NCBI GenBank assembly: GCA_964016885.1
Contig: OZ024743.1
Coordinates: forward strand, 198,152,001 to 198,216,000
Direction of reading: 5' to 3'
Source of the DNA: Eledone cirrhosa
Lineage: Eukaryota
Length of the DNA: 64,000 nt
Shown here: positions 42,351-55,463 of the stretch, piece after piece
How positions within the stretch are numbered: position 1 is the first letter of the stretch
Layout: each line of letters starts with the position of its first letter
Position numbers and translations under genes: made by a program
Notes under the pieces: model-generated
What the model saw: only the letters and a program-made list of their open reading frames with translations
Database searches by the model: none
Told to the model about the DNA's origin: nothing

Positions 42351-42994
42351 GGCGATGAGTGATAAGAAAGTGTTAGATAGTAGAATCACTTGTGCCGATA
42401 ACAGTAATGTCAAGTGGTGAAAAGACTGATAGAGAGTAGTGAATGAGACTGTGATGTGTAAAACATCGTTTAAGGAAGATATTAAATCTGTCCAAGCAAA
42501 GTCAGTTTTTGGAATGTGGTTTAAGTATTCCAGCGCAAATATTATTTAAAACACACAACCTCGGATGACCATCTCGGATTACAGACAATAGAAAAAGGGT
42601 TTGGGGAAATAGGCCACAATATGTTTTCTCCACTATAGATACGGCGATGATCCTATCAAAGAACGGTCAATATTTTGACAGCTTACTACATTCTCATATG
42701 ATTCACACAAAAATAATTTAAAAGAAACATGAAATTTTAACTTATTTTTGTGTTATTATCGAATTGCAAGCTATGACGGATGAAAATTCAAAAACACGTG
42801 TCTGGCATTCTCACAGTTTACCGAGATGGTTCTGACATGATCACTGATTAAAACATTCATAGCGAGTTTGTTGTGTGTTTATTATTCAGAAATATAGGCT
42901 GTAATTCTTCATATACAACCTTATATTCAAAGATATAAGCATAGGTATATTCATATATAAATATATAAATGCACTTAGACGTGCACACAAACAT

Positions 42995-43043
<49 letters not shown>

Positions 43044-43667
43044 TGTGAATACACACATACAACCCCCCCCCCCCCCCCCCCACACACACACACATATGTA
43101 TGTATATACCTGGTTAGTTATAGTAGTATTCTCACTCAAAACGCCGTATCTCATTAGAGTTGGAAACGCATTTTCAAACAATACCTGGCAGTTATAAAAT
43201 CAACAATTATAATGGCGGACAAAAAACAATAAGTCACCACATGAACATGAAAGACAAATCTACTAGCAGAAAAATCGCTTTGAAAAGATCTCTTTGTTTG
43301 TTTCGAACCTAACTTCGTTCCACATACCTATTAATTCGAAATCTGTTTTATTGTTTACTGCTTTTATGTGTTCATTAAAGAGGTGTGAGAACTGGCGGTC
43401 AGTTTACAGTGGACTCTTACTGAAATAATCACGCTGCTCAGATGTTATTTTGGAAGCTCTCAAAGCATTCTCTATCAGCTTTATTGTCTTCTCTGTAATG
43501 ATATATTATAAAACTAAACATCTAACAATTAACGTATACTTCATCGGTCTTTATTGTTTTAGAGAAGCCTTATGTTTTTGTTGTCTTTTAAATGCCATCT
43601 TTGTTGTAACGTATGCACTAACGACTGACTGTCTGATGGCGTTAGTTGCAAAGCTTTTAACACTTGT

Positions 43668-43698
<31 letters not shown>

Positions 43699-43842
43699 AA
43701 ATTGACGATTACGACGACTACCTCAAAACACACACACACGTCCACAAATTCACATACTCTGGAGTAAAATGTAAATATTGTTATATTTCTGCGCTCCAAA
43801 TATATATATATTACACACATACACACACACACACACACACAC

Positions 43843-43924
<82 letters not shown>

Positions 43925-43929
<5 letters not shown>

Positions 43930-44040
43930 AACAAGTAAGACCCCGACGGCTGAGCTCAAGCCGTTTCGACGGCTAATTCTGTACAGAATTAGCCGTCGAA
44001 ACGGCTTGAGCTCAGCCGTCGGGGTCTTACTTGTTCCTAT
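43925..44040. repeat. perfect 116-bp palindrome containing the 3' half of a hammerhead
   Basis: Centre 43982/43983; GAAA-CGGCT...AGCCG-TC at 43998-44020; (TA)n on the left, tail to ~44118 then (TA)n. Confidence 0.85.
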
Positions 44041-44116
44041 TGCCCACTCTACTACCCTAAGTATTGAGTACTTTGGTGCGTTATGGTCCACCTGGTTCCT
44101 TACCACATTTCCTTCG

Positions 44117-44168
<52 letters not shown>

Positions 44169-44377
44169 TTTCTGAATTTGTTTAGCAAGATTCTTTATCT
44201 GAAATCGTGTGTTGAAACCGATATTGTTATACTTTGGGAGGGTCATGTTGCCAATAAGAAACACACGCACCAGTTGCTTTCACTTCAATTTATTATAATA
44301 AATTTATAATAAATTTATAAATTTATAAATTTCTGGTTGGTTGGTTGATTCCACAACCAGATAGTTGTTTATATATT

Positions 44378-44420
44378 GTCATAGTTCTTTCGTCACACAC
44401 TCTGTGACCTCTTCAGTGAC
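44378..44420 (-). ncRNA. minimal type I hammerhead ribozyme
   Basis: gtca-CTGAAGA-g-gtcaca/gagtg/tgtgac-GAAA-GAAC-TA-tgac. Confidence 0.85.
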
Positions 44421-44712
44421 TGGGGATCCCTTTCTTCGTTTCTGTGCCTCTCCTTTGTTCTGTCCTACGCCATTTTGTTTCTCTGTGTGTGTTGTGTGGT
44501 CAGTCTGCGCATGCGCCACATCCGGGTGTCTGTGTGTGTTTATGTTCATTTATTTATTTGTTTATTTACATGTTACTGGTTGGTTGTTTGTTCTATGTGT
44601 GTGTGTGTTTTCATTTTGTCCTTAATTGTAAGTTGTGATGTTGCTGTTCCACTCATATTTTCTATTTAATTTTGTTTGTAATTCTTTTATGTTTATTGCC
44701 TCTGTAATTTGT

Positions 44713-45951
44713 CTAAACATTGCGTCTTTTCTGTGTGTAGATTCTATTTTTATTTCTATGTTCTATTTTAGCATGTTGGTAGAGTACAGATGATTCTTTA
44801 CTATCTTCAAGGTCTCGCCAGTGTTCATTTATCCGTTCCCCTACACTACGAGCTGTCTCACCTATGTACACTATATTTTTGTCTATACATTGTCCTTCAG
44901 TACATCTTATGCTATACACTACATTTCTAGTTTTACAGTTAATATGGGGGCTTATTTTACAGGTTATACATTTCTTATCTATACATGAGAGTCTTTGAAA
45001 AGGGTATGTCTTGCTAATAAGTGTTTTTACGGAGGTACCTGGTCTTTCTACTATCTTAATATTGAGTTTATGTTTATTTAGGGCCCTTCTAAATTTGTAA
45101 GCTAATTCACCTCTAGGGGTTGTATCGATGAACATTACACTCTGGTATTTATTGCTATCATACCATGAGTTTATTCTATTAGCCTTGTTCCTAGTTCTTT
45201 CTATTCTATTCCAAAATTTGCTCCTATACAAGGGGCAGGTCCCATTTATGTCATTATTTACCATTTTTTCCCATTTGGTTCCGGCTCCTCTATACACTCT
45301 GATTTTATCTCTCTCATTGTAGCCAGAGAACTGCATACGGTGGATGAAGTGTTGTATGTGTCTCTCTAGTACTTCGGGGTTGCACATGCGGGACACGTTT
45401 CTCATCACCCGTACCAAATCCGCAATCAGTATGTTGATTTTGGTATGGTCCGAAACGGCCGAGTTTCGGTGGATCAGATGTTTGGAAGTCATGGGTTTGG
45501 CATAATGGGAATGGAGGATTTGTTTTTTGTTGTTAATGGTATCTAACCAGAGCTCTGTGTCTAGTACAGGTAATCGATGGTTGGGGTGTTTACTTGGGTA
45601 GTTTATAGTAACTCTAATGCTCTGGTGCATGGAGTTTGCTATTTGCTGGATGCTTTCCATTGTGTTTTTCTCTAGTTCCTGACTGTTCTGTAGTGGGGGT
45701 GTCATAACTACGATGTTTATATCATCAACGTAGCGGGAGTACATTATCAGGGTTAAGGGGTCTTCTAATTGTTCTTTAAGTTTAAGTTTAAGTCTACTGT
45801 CCCACCATACCATGAATAAGTTAGCTATGTCGCCTGCAATGCTAACACCAATGGCTGCTCCTTCCTCTTGGGCATATGTTTTTCCATTAAATTTGAACAT
45901 ATGTTCCTTAAGGGTTAGTTTTATGCTGGCCCCTACTGCATATGCAATCAT
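44713..45951 (-). CDS. PLE RT (C-terminal half) + Cys-rich linker + GIY-YIG endonuclease, truncated
   Basis: YSRYVDD, LPVLD, C..CITC..C linker, VVYSIRC...YIGETARSVGERINEH. Confidence 0.8.
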   Translation of the reverse strand: MIAYAVGASIKLTLKEHMFKFNGKTYAQEEGAAIGVSIAGDIANLFMVWWDSRLKLKLKEQLEDPLTLIMYSRYVDDINIVVMTPPLQNSQELEKNTMESIQQIANSMHQSIRVTINYPSKHPNHRLPVLDTELWLDTINNKKQILHSHYAKPMTSKHLIHRNSAVSDHTKINILIADLVRVMRNVSRMCNPEVLERHIQHFIHRMQFSGYNERDKIRVYRGAGTKWEKMVNNDINGTCPLYRSKFWNRIERTRNKANRINSWYDSNKYQSVMFIDTTPRGELAYKFRRALNKHKLNIKIVERPGTSVKTLISKTYPFQRLSCIDKKCITCKISPHINCKTRNVVYSIRCTEGQCIDKNIVYIGETARSVGERINEHWRDLEDSKESSVLYQHAKIEHRNKNRIYTQKRRNV

Positions 45952-46131
45952 TTTCTTCAGTTCATTGTGGTTTTCGGGTGTCCGTATGGCTCTGGTCCAC
46001 CCGTTCTATCTATCTGTGTGGGTTTTCTTGGCCATTGAGGTAATGGTAGGTGGCACACAACACACACACAGAAACAAAATGGCATAGGATAGAACAAAGG
46101 AGAGGCACAGAAACAAAGAAAGGAATCCCCA

Positions 46132-46174
46132 GTCACTGAAGATGTCACAGAGTGTGTGACGAAAGAACTATGAC
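46132..46174 (+). ncRNA. minimal type I hammerhead ribozyme (inverted pseudo-LTR copy)
   Basis: gtca-CTGAAGA-t-gtcaca/tgtgac-GAAA-GAAC-TA-tgac. Confidence 0.85.
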
Positions 46175-46323
46175 AATATATAAACAACTATCTGGTTGTG
46201 GAACCAACCAACCAACCAGAAATTTATAAATTTATAAATTTATTATAAATTTATTATAATAAATTGAAGTGAAAGCAACTGGTGCGTGTGTTTCTTATTG
46301 GCAACATGACCCTCCCAAAGTAT

Positions 46324-46378
<55 letters not shown>

Positions 46379-46523
46379 CAGGTAAAGAGGCAGGATATGT
46401 GGTTACTGTAAACAAAGTGTAAGATGATAATATGTACGTAAACAACAGAAGAAAAGTAGCCCTTCATCAGACCGGCAGCGCACCCGAGGCCTTTTATCCA
46501 TCAAAAGGCCATGATGGAAAGAA

Positions 46524-46979
46524 ATGATAGTGAAGAGAGAGGAAGAAAGAAATTGGGTTGATTGCCCCCTATCCGGGAAATGCCTCTCTAGTAACATTGT
46601 CTACAAATGTAAGGTTGAAACACCCACGTCCCGTAGGGCCTACATAGGGTTAACCGCCAATAGATTCAAGCAGCGTCTTTACATGCATACCCATTCTTTT
46701 CGTTACCCTCTAAGAAGGAATATGACGTCACTTTCAGCTTATATCGTGAGTCTAAAAGACAACCACACCCAATATAAATTACACTGGGAGGTCCTAGCTA
46801 GGGCTAGATCGTATAACGGAAATAAAAGACCATGTGACCTCTGCGCCGCTGAGGCCCTGGAAATACTCTACACCACAGACCACATCTTAAACAAAAAATC
46901 CGAGGCAATTTCGGCTTGTAAACATAAATTGCACAAAACTTTCCTGTATTACAGCCCCACGTTATACCCTAACGGATAG
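46524..46979 (+). CDS. PLE GIY-YIG endonuclease fragment
   Basis: CPLSGKC, IVYKC...YIGLTA..FKQR..H, CDLC..E, LNK...C.H. Confidence 0.75.
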   Translation: MIVKREEERNWVDCPLSGKCLSSNIVYKCKVETPTSRRAYIGLTANRFKQRLYMHTHSFRYPLRRNMTSLSAYIVSLKDNHTQYKLHWEVLARARSYNGNKRPCDLCAAEALEILYTTDHILNKKSEAISACKHKLHKTFLYYSPTLYPNG

Positions 46980-48080
46980 TACGATCTATACGTGGAGATT
47001 TTACGTCTTGATATGGTAGCTAAGTATATGTTTTGTTTATACCATTACTTATTTGTATAGGTAAGTATATATTACCTGTATGTTTTATGAAGGTACGTAT
47101 ATTTTCTCGTACGTATATTTGATTGTATATGTTATGGCGTATAATTTTTTATATATTCTGGTACATATGGTTTGGTTATGTGTATACGGGAGTTTTGCGT
47201 CTGTGTGAGTATGCAGGTTCGTACGTATGTAGGGTGTGTGTATATGTGTACTTCATGTTTTGGTTGACTTACGTCTCCGAACATTTGTGTATTTACATGT
47301 AGGTATGTGTGTGCGCTTGTTATATACGTATTTATTTATTTATATACGTTTATTTAATTATATATTTATTTGTATACACGCACACACACACATATTTATA
47401 TGTGCGTGGTTTTGTATACCTATGGCAAGTGTTTTCGCGTATGCTTGTGTATGTACGTATTTGCATGCGTGTATGTATTTATTTAATTTCTATTACCTCT
47501 GTATTGTATTTTATTTACTTTATTCTTAACTCTGAAGCGGAGATTCATTCGGTCTCCTAGTTAGAATTTTAGTATACGACTTCAGCTCTACCATTTACGT
47601 GGTTTTGTCTTTGCGTGCAATTGTTCTCCACGCTCCACATATGACGTATTATCTTGGTTTTTTTCGTTCATTGCCAGAGAACGTCTCTATGAACCACCTA
47701 ATAGAATATTAGTCTACGACGTCTATGATACCATACACGTGGTTCTGTCTTTGCGTGTAATTGTTTTTCACCGCTCCAAATAATGACGTATTATATTCGT
47801 TTTTTCCCGATCTTTGCCAGGGAACATTTCCACGAACCAAAGTATCGTCTTCCTGTCTTCCTCCCGTTGCAACGTTTTATGAAATATTCACTTCTGCGTT
47901 CACAGTTTGACTTTGTTAGTTTCAGAAGATCCTGTTAAGGGTGAAAGCAGCGATTCTTTGCTTAAACTTTAATCTGTTATTTTAATAAATATTTGCTCTA
48001 CGGTATTTATATATGTGATATATATTTATCCTTATCGAGCCCTCTTTGGATTTTAGTCTTCAAATTTATTATTATTACTA
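46550..48080 (+). mobile_element. 5'-truncated PLE (family B): GIY-YIG domain + ~1.1-kb 3' pseudo-LTR
   Basis: 3' region homologous to 56745-57756 and 54961-55469; ends in (TA)n. Confidence 0.85.
47918..47968 (+). ncRNA. hammerhead variant (CAGAAGA core)
   Basis: agttt-CAGAAGA-stem II-GAAA-gca...tgc-TT-aaact. Confidence 0.6.
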
Positions 48081-48176
48081 TATATATATATATATATGAA
48101 GCCGCCTGGCTTAATGGTTCTACAAATTATTTCAGCAATGCTGGTATAGTCACTGTCTCCGTCTTCCTCACTCTTC

Positions 48177-48660
48177 CTATCTCTCACTATTATTAGGAAA
48201 TGGGGGCCCAGGCACTGGCCGCCCCACGGACACGGCAAACAGAATAGAGAAAGTGTTGTTTACCTGGAGGATGGAGAGAGAGAGAGACGCGTTGGAAGTG
48301 CTAATCCAGTTCGCGAGGCTCACACCTGTTGGCAGCCAACTCCGTTCCGATGGTGGTGAGTAGGTAAATGGTCCTAGGGCACCAGAAGTATCCATTTTTA
48401 TGTGATCGAAACCTGCCCAAGAGCGACAGATAATTGGAGAGTTTACCCTGCGCGGCACGAGTGCAGCAGAGCCAGGATTAGTCGCAGACTGCACCAGATT
48501 ACCACCGGAGAACGTGTTGCTTCGTGTATCATCCCAGATGAGGGGTATATCACTGCGGAAAGGGAAGACGATTATCCCGTTATGCCTTTTGCCGTCCACT
48601 CGATCCAGCCCCGCCGTCCCGAGTTGGGAGGGGAAGGCTGCAGCATCCAAGCCATGCTAG
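48177..48660 (-). pseudogene. decayed 3' fragment of a CRE-like non-LTR element (restriction-like endonuclease)
   Basis: LDRVDGKRHNG...PF....LIWD.T..NT resembles the R-DGKRPDG...PW..G..L.WD.T motif of CRE-type RLE. Confidence 0.6.
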
Positions 48661-48715
48661 TATTTAGATAGTGTATGTGTAATTGCGTGTTTGCTGTATG
48701 TATGTGGGCGAGTAA

Positions 48716-48811
<96 letters not shown>

Positions 48812-51188
48812 AGAGCAATCTTAAATATTATAATCGGAACGTACCTTTATCAAATGTATATCACCTTTATATATTTGGAATATATTGAAAATATATAATA
48901 CTTTTCCATTAAATACGAATAGTAGTTAGATTAATATCTGTAAATATCTATTGAAAATTGCCACGTGTAGCAAACTATGTATATTCTGGAGTAGCATGTA
49001 ACTTTGTTCTTCACGTATACATGATTGTGTTGTTTCAATACAACTATGTGTAGGTTACGTTATCATCGCATTTTTTTCTTCGTAGTTATTCAAAGAAATG
49101 TGAAACTCTCCTGTCAAGTTTTTATTTACTATGTTATTATCATTATTGTTGTTGTTGTTGATATTGTTTGTGTTGTTTTTGTTGCTGCTACTGATGAGGA
49201 TGATGATGATGATGGTGCCGTTTGTTTTGGTAATACTCCCTGTCTTCGCGAATACCTCAGGCTTTATTTGTTGATCAATTGAATACAGTTTTAAATCCGG
49301 CGCAGAAAGAAAAACAAGGATTATTTTGCTGCAGTTGAGATTTCTCAACAGATATAGAGATTGACAGCTATTCTGATATTTGAGTATTTGACAGTTTCAA
49401 AAACAATGGAGGTTAGGTTTCCAAGATAAGTAAATATGAAGACAAGAAATATAAACTAAGATATTACATCATAGACAAGAATAATACGGATGTAAATTTT
49501 TGTGATTCAATCGGAATGAAAATATTTTTTTATGGAAGAAGTAACATTGTATGAGAATCTGCTTGAATCTGCTTGAAACGCATGATATAGAGTTAGAAAA
49601 AATATATAAACATAGAGATGAATTGGACACGAATTCACTTTGATAACTGAGTATTTGATGATTCAAATAATATAAAACAACATTTAGAAGGACCAGTATA
49701 TTCATGCTTATGCACGTCTTCTCAACACTCGCCGACTAAGGAAGGAAAGGGCCATGCAGCGAGTGTCACTGGCTGTTTTCTATTGCAATGCCTTTGCCAT
49801 TCTGTCTGCAGGGCACATCTGCGATATAATGTTTAGACTAGAGTCTAGATTCTGAATCTTCCTTCCTTTTCCCTATTTGCATTGTTATCTGTTAAATTTA
49901 ATTGATACATAAACTATAAAGGACTTGAATAGATATTGAAAGTTATATCAAATGCTGGTCTTGATGTATTCTTCAATTATATTTTTATAGTGTGGCTTGA
50001 GATTTGGGAGTGGTAAGCTAACTAGAATTTGAACCGGATTCACTACTCAGCTTGTTATGTTATGAGTACACTTAATCTAGTGAGTTTCTGTGACGAAATA
50101 GTGATATTGTGTGAGACATTCTGTAATTTCACTTCAGTTAACAGTAGTTACAGCTAAGGAACAATTATATTTGATTACTAGAAATAGAAGGAAAATATTC
50201 CCCAAACCACTCACTGCTATGTTAATAACAAAACTACAACAATCCTGATGAGTTCGAACTTATAATCAGAATGAACTGCAATGCGTTTTAAGCACATTTG
50301 GTCTGATTCATAAATAAGCTACAACTGCTGGATGAGAAATTGAACGTGATATTGTGCTAAGTTGAATCTAGGATGACAACACGAAAACTTTGATAATAGG
50401 GTGTATTTATAGACTTTATAATTTTATTATATTTGGTTACTTTATTGCAATGAAATTCCATTATACAGTTTCTTTGTTTCTTTCTTCTATGTCATAAACC
50501 ATTGAACAAACGGGCTTTTAGGAGAAAATTAGCAATTTTGTTACACAGCTATACAGTGCCGTGATTCAAATACATGGGTGTCACAGACGACATTTATCTA
50601 AGGATTGGCCACATATGGTTTCCTTGTTCAATATGTTTCAATGGTGCATTAATAAAAGAAAGACGCATTATAAACCACTTTTATGAAGTTATAACCATAA
50701 GGTTTGTAAGTACATGTGCGTGTAGCAGAGTAGCTGTGAATAATATTGTGTGAATGTGTGTAAGAAAAAATATCGAAATAGTGAGAGATCAGGAGAAAAT
50801 AGTAAGTGGGAGAGGCTGTTGATAAAAAGAAGAAAGAAAAGACAAAAGAAAGGAAGAAAGAGAACGCCAGAAGGTTCCAGAACCAGAGATTAAAAACGTT
50901 ATGTATTATTAAACCCAGGCAAGTGTTCTTGGAAATTCTACAGAAAGAATATAAAAAATAAACTATTGAAGCAAATATATAAATAGATAAATAAAGTGCA
51001 ATTTAACATCAACAGTTTGTGATTACTTGACACAGTAAGCATCTCTATAAAATTATAGATCGATTATTTTAACTTAATGGACCTGCGCATAATTTTTTTT
51101 CAAATGCATTTGTTGATTCAGTTCTTCTCGAAAGATTCTTTGTCCCGCTGGTGTATTCTTCTCGCATATACATAATATATATACATTC

Positions 51189-51222
<34 letters not shown>

Positions 51223-51784
51223 CCATCCATCCATCCATCCATACATACATACATACATACATGCATACATGCATGCATGCATACATATATATATATACAT
51301 ACATACGTATATGCATAAATACATGAATACATGTATACATACATGCATGCACACGCACACACAGAAATATGTGTCTCCCTCATTTCTCAGCTATAGAAAG
51401 TAAATGACATGAAAATATTAAAAGAAAAGGCCACCCTGAAGTCATTACCTGTCTCGTAGGCATAGCTAATTGCTTCGCATATCCAACTATTTTCTCACTT
51501 TCCCGTACAGAGTCTTGCTCCTATATTTTACTAAAGAATTTCTGTCTATACTCTGATTCTGTTTTTGCAATGCAGATTCTTCTAAATGGTTTGGTTAGCA
51601 TTTATACTTTCGTTTGTATTTGAATGTTTCTTTATGATGTTTCCAACTTTAGGGAGAAATTCTATCAATTTTTCGAATAGCTAGTTAAATATTTAGTAAA
51701 TATTTAAGTGTCAATTGATGTGAATCGCAGATTTCTACCTTGAGGTAAATGCCAGTCCCATGTCAGGTTAATTATATACGACAC

Positions 51785-51836
<52 letters not shown>

Positions 51837-51860
51837 AAAAAAATGAAACGAAATTTCATT

Positions 51861-51985
<125 letters not shown>

Positions 51986-52030
51986 TGCTGGGTCAACCCT
52001 TATTATTATATATATATATAATAATAAGGG

Positions 52031-52780
52031 TTGACCCGTAGAGAGTACATATGGTATAACCCCGTGTACAATATTTCTATTAGCACTAAGATTATCTCAC
52101 AATTCTATACACTGATCAATAAACACTTTACAACTTCACATAAATACTATAAAATCTTAAACTCGCACACCATTAGACTCTCATACTCCACTGCACCTAA
52201 CATAGAACAACTAATTAAAAAACTCAACTCAACAATACTAAATAAGTGCATCCCTAATAACACAGCGCACCAGCATAGCGACATACAACGCACTAACACG
52301 CAGCTACAACCCCACCAATCTATCAAGGACACTAATGAAAAACATAAAAATAACTGTAACTGCACTAAACCAGGTTCGTGCCCATTGAATAACCAATGCC
52401 TAGCACGCAATATTGTCTACCGATGTACAATAAATTCCGGAACCAACAAATGGTATTACGGCGGATGTACCGCAACATCTTTCAAAGCTCGCCTATACCA
52501 ACATCGATCTTCGATCAAGCATGAGAGAATGCGCTCCATAACAACCCTCGCCGATAAAGCCTGGCAGCTTCCGCAGAACAATCAAGCATTCTCCCTTAAT
52601 TGGCAAATTATTACATTTGCGCCAGCATATAAGCAAAATCACCGATTTTGTAAATTATGCCATATGGAGATATACTGCATTTTAACGTCGGAAAACAAAC
52701 TTTTGAACAGCAAAATTGAACGTTCACTTTACTGTAACCATCGTTTAAAAACAACTTTTTCTTTTTTTAAATGCATGTAA
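52031..52780 (+). CDS. PLE GIY-YIG endonuclease region (truncated ORF)
   Basis: WYNP, KHF...H.Y.KILN, CNC..CPL..C, IVYRC...YGG..A.SFKAR..H, CKLC..E. Confidence 0.75.
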   Translation: MTRREYIWYNPVYNISISTKIISQFYTLINKHFTTSHKYYKILNSHTIRLSYSTAPNIEQLIKKLNSTILNKCIPNNTAHQHSDIQRTNTQLQPHQSIKDTNEKHKNNCNCTKPGSCPLNNQCLARNIVYRCTINSGTNKWYYGGCTATSFKARLYQHRSSIKHERMRSITTLADKAWQLPQNNQAFSLNWQIITFAPAYKQNHRFCKLCHMEIYCILTSENKLLNSKIERSLYCNHRLKTTFSFFKCM

Positions 52781-53193
52781 TGTTATCTTTTTACACCACC
52801 ATTTGCAAATGTTTATTTTTATTTCATATTTTTATATGTTTATACACACGATATGGCTTTTTATAATAATAGCACTAAACACTGTTTTTTAGACCCCTTT
52901 GGAAATATCCTGCTACTATAATAGCCCCAATAACTTGTCTACATTAACCCCTTTAACTAAATTTTGTCCAAACAACACCACTAGAAGAATTTACTTCCCC
53001 CGCCAACCCTAACACGCCTCATTTAGCTAACTGTTGCCAAAACATTTTCTTCTATACAATCTCTACTACTCTGATAGTCTTGAATCCTAAGACTACCTCC
53101 CCCTTACTCGCTTCCCTCTTCCTCTTCCCTTCCTACCTCCTACTTTCTCACATATCTAGTGTATAAAATATTCTCCTATCATTCTACCATAAA

Positions 53194-53308
53194 GGTCTGA
53201 CAACATAGTGTGTTCTGTTACAGTGTACCTACGATTTATGATAATATTTTTATATTATACAAATAGCGAGGTATAGGTAACCCACACACTATAGAAATAA
53301 TTGTTACC
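53194..53308 (+). ncRNA. degenerate hammerhead with long stem II
   Basis: ggt-CTGACAA-c-atagtgtg...cacactat-a-GAAA-T aatt G-TT-acc; G8 is lost. Confidence 0.5.
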
Positions 53309-53352
53309 CAATATATTCTTTATACCCGCATTTCCGTTTCATAAACTCCTTC

Positions 53353-53424
<72 letters not shown>

Positions 53425-54155
53425 CATATACATACATATACATACATATATATATATATATATGTGTGTAAGCTTCTACATAACCTGGACATTATTTTCC
53501 CAACTTGTAGAAAACTTATAATGAAACGATGGTTTGGAAAGAGGGATGTATTTAATTGTGTCTCATATAAAATAATACAACTGGCTATCCGCAAAATACG
53601 TATAGTTAGCACCTCAAACGTATAATTGGGATTATACTAAGGTATATCCTAATGTTTGTTGAGTGAGACGGAAGTCGTTCGGAGTTGTGCTTAAAGCTTT
53701 CTCTGTTAATGTATTAAATACATTTATATATATATATAATATAAAACGAAAAATCAGTGATGCATCTGGACTCAATTTATTGTGTGTTACAATTGTTTCG
53801 CCGGCAGACAGCTCGAGACACGATCATTGTATGGATCTGTCTGATTCTTGAAACTGCAGGTTCGTCGGACACTGGCAATAATTCCGGATCAAATTTTCCA
53901 ACTGGGGTGTTAGCGTAAAAAAACATCTTCCTCGCTTGTCCTGCTGTTGGCTGTTGTTTTTCAACGTCATCATAAATTCTGGCCAATAGTTGCTGTCAAA
54001 CTGTCCATCAGCTACACACTTCAATGAATTCATGGTGGGTTTGGTATTTCACAAGTCCACTCACACACACATATACACATATACCCACACACATACACAC
54101 ACATATACACATACACACAAATATACACACATACACACATACATACACATATATA

Positions 54156-54213
<58 letters not shown>

Positions 54214-54386
54214 CACAGACTCACATACCCGCACACAACCATATAACTAACAACATACGCGTCGACAGACGCCTGACTACATTGTCGCGTACATCAGCTC
54301 TAACACGCACACATACACGCGCACACACACACGCACATACACACACGTGTCCGTATATAGAGGCACAAAGACAGACTCGCTCCCAA

Positions 54387-54469
<83 letters not shown>

Positions 54470-54822
54470 CAAACAAACAAGCCCTTACCCCACAGTAGGT
54501 GCACGTAAATACACACACACACACACACACACACACTGGCTCATATACATTCAAACTAATACGCGCCCAATTACCTCCGGGCCCACGTACATCTACAAAG
54601 ATACATACACGCATGCATATATCTGTCCGTACTCAAATATGATATACTCAGTCATATAAAACTGCACAATGGGTCGTACAGGGGCATCCTTGAAAGGATG
54701 CATCTTGTTATACACATGCACAAATATAAACAATGAAAACAAATACATACATACATACACATACATGCATGTATACATACCCACATATAAATAAATAAAT
54801 GTATATATATATACACACACAA

Positions 54823-54871
<49 letters not shown>

Positions 54872-54872
54872 C

Positions 54873-54963
<91 letters not shown>

Positions 54964-55070
54964 ATAATAATAAAATTGAAGACTAAAATCCAAAGAGGGC
55001 TCGATAAGGATAAATATATATCAAATATATAAGAACCGTAGAGCAAATATTTATTAAAATAACAGATTAA

Positions 55071-55121
55071 AGTTTAAGCAAAGAATCGCTGCTTTCACCC
55101 TTAACGGGATCTTCTGAAACT
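55071..55121 (-). ncRNA. hammerhead variant (CAGAAGA core)
   Basis: Reverse complement of 57682-57732. Confidence 0.6.
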
Positions 55122-55463
55122 AACAAAGTCAATCTGTAAACGCAGAACTGGATATTTCAAAAAACGTTGCAGCCGGAGGAAGACAGGAAGACGATACTTT
55201 GGTTCGTGGTAACGTTCGCTGGCAAAGAACGGGAAAAAACGAATAATACGTCATTAATAGGAGCGGTGAAAAACAATTACGCGCAAAGACAAAACCACGT
55301 TTATGGTATAAAAGAGGTCGTAGACTAATGTTCTCTTAGGTGGTGCATAGAGACGTTCTCTGGCAATGAACGAAAAAACGAAGATAATAAGTCATATGTG
55401 GAGCGTGGAGAACAATAGCACGCAAAGACAAAACCACGTAAATGGTATAGCAGAAATCGTAGA

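Larger units (their letters stand above)
44165..46330 (-). mobile_element. 5'-truncated Penelope-like element with ~280-bp inverted pseudo-LTR
   Basis: ~44220-44498 is the reverse complement of ~46053-46330; internal RT/GIY-YIG ORF; (TA)n flanks. Confidence 0.88.
52031..53356 (+). mobile_element. 5'-truncated PLE (thumb end + GIY-YIG + 3' pseudo-LTR)
   Basis: Homologous to the C-terminus of 28400-29830; (TA)n flanks. Confidence 0.85.

Noticed and set aside
46375-46549. CTGATGA on the minus strand upstream of the EN fragment
   Set aside because: No matching GAAA or stems found, so not called a hammerhead.
53760-54033. Coding-like sequence between microsatellites
   Set aside because: All frames are short with no motif recognised; may be a TE fragment.
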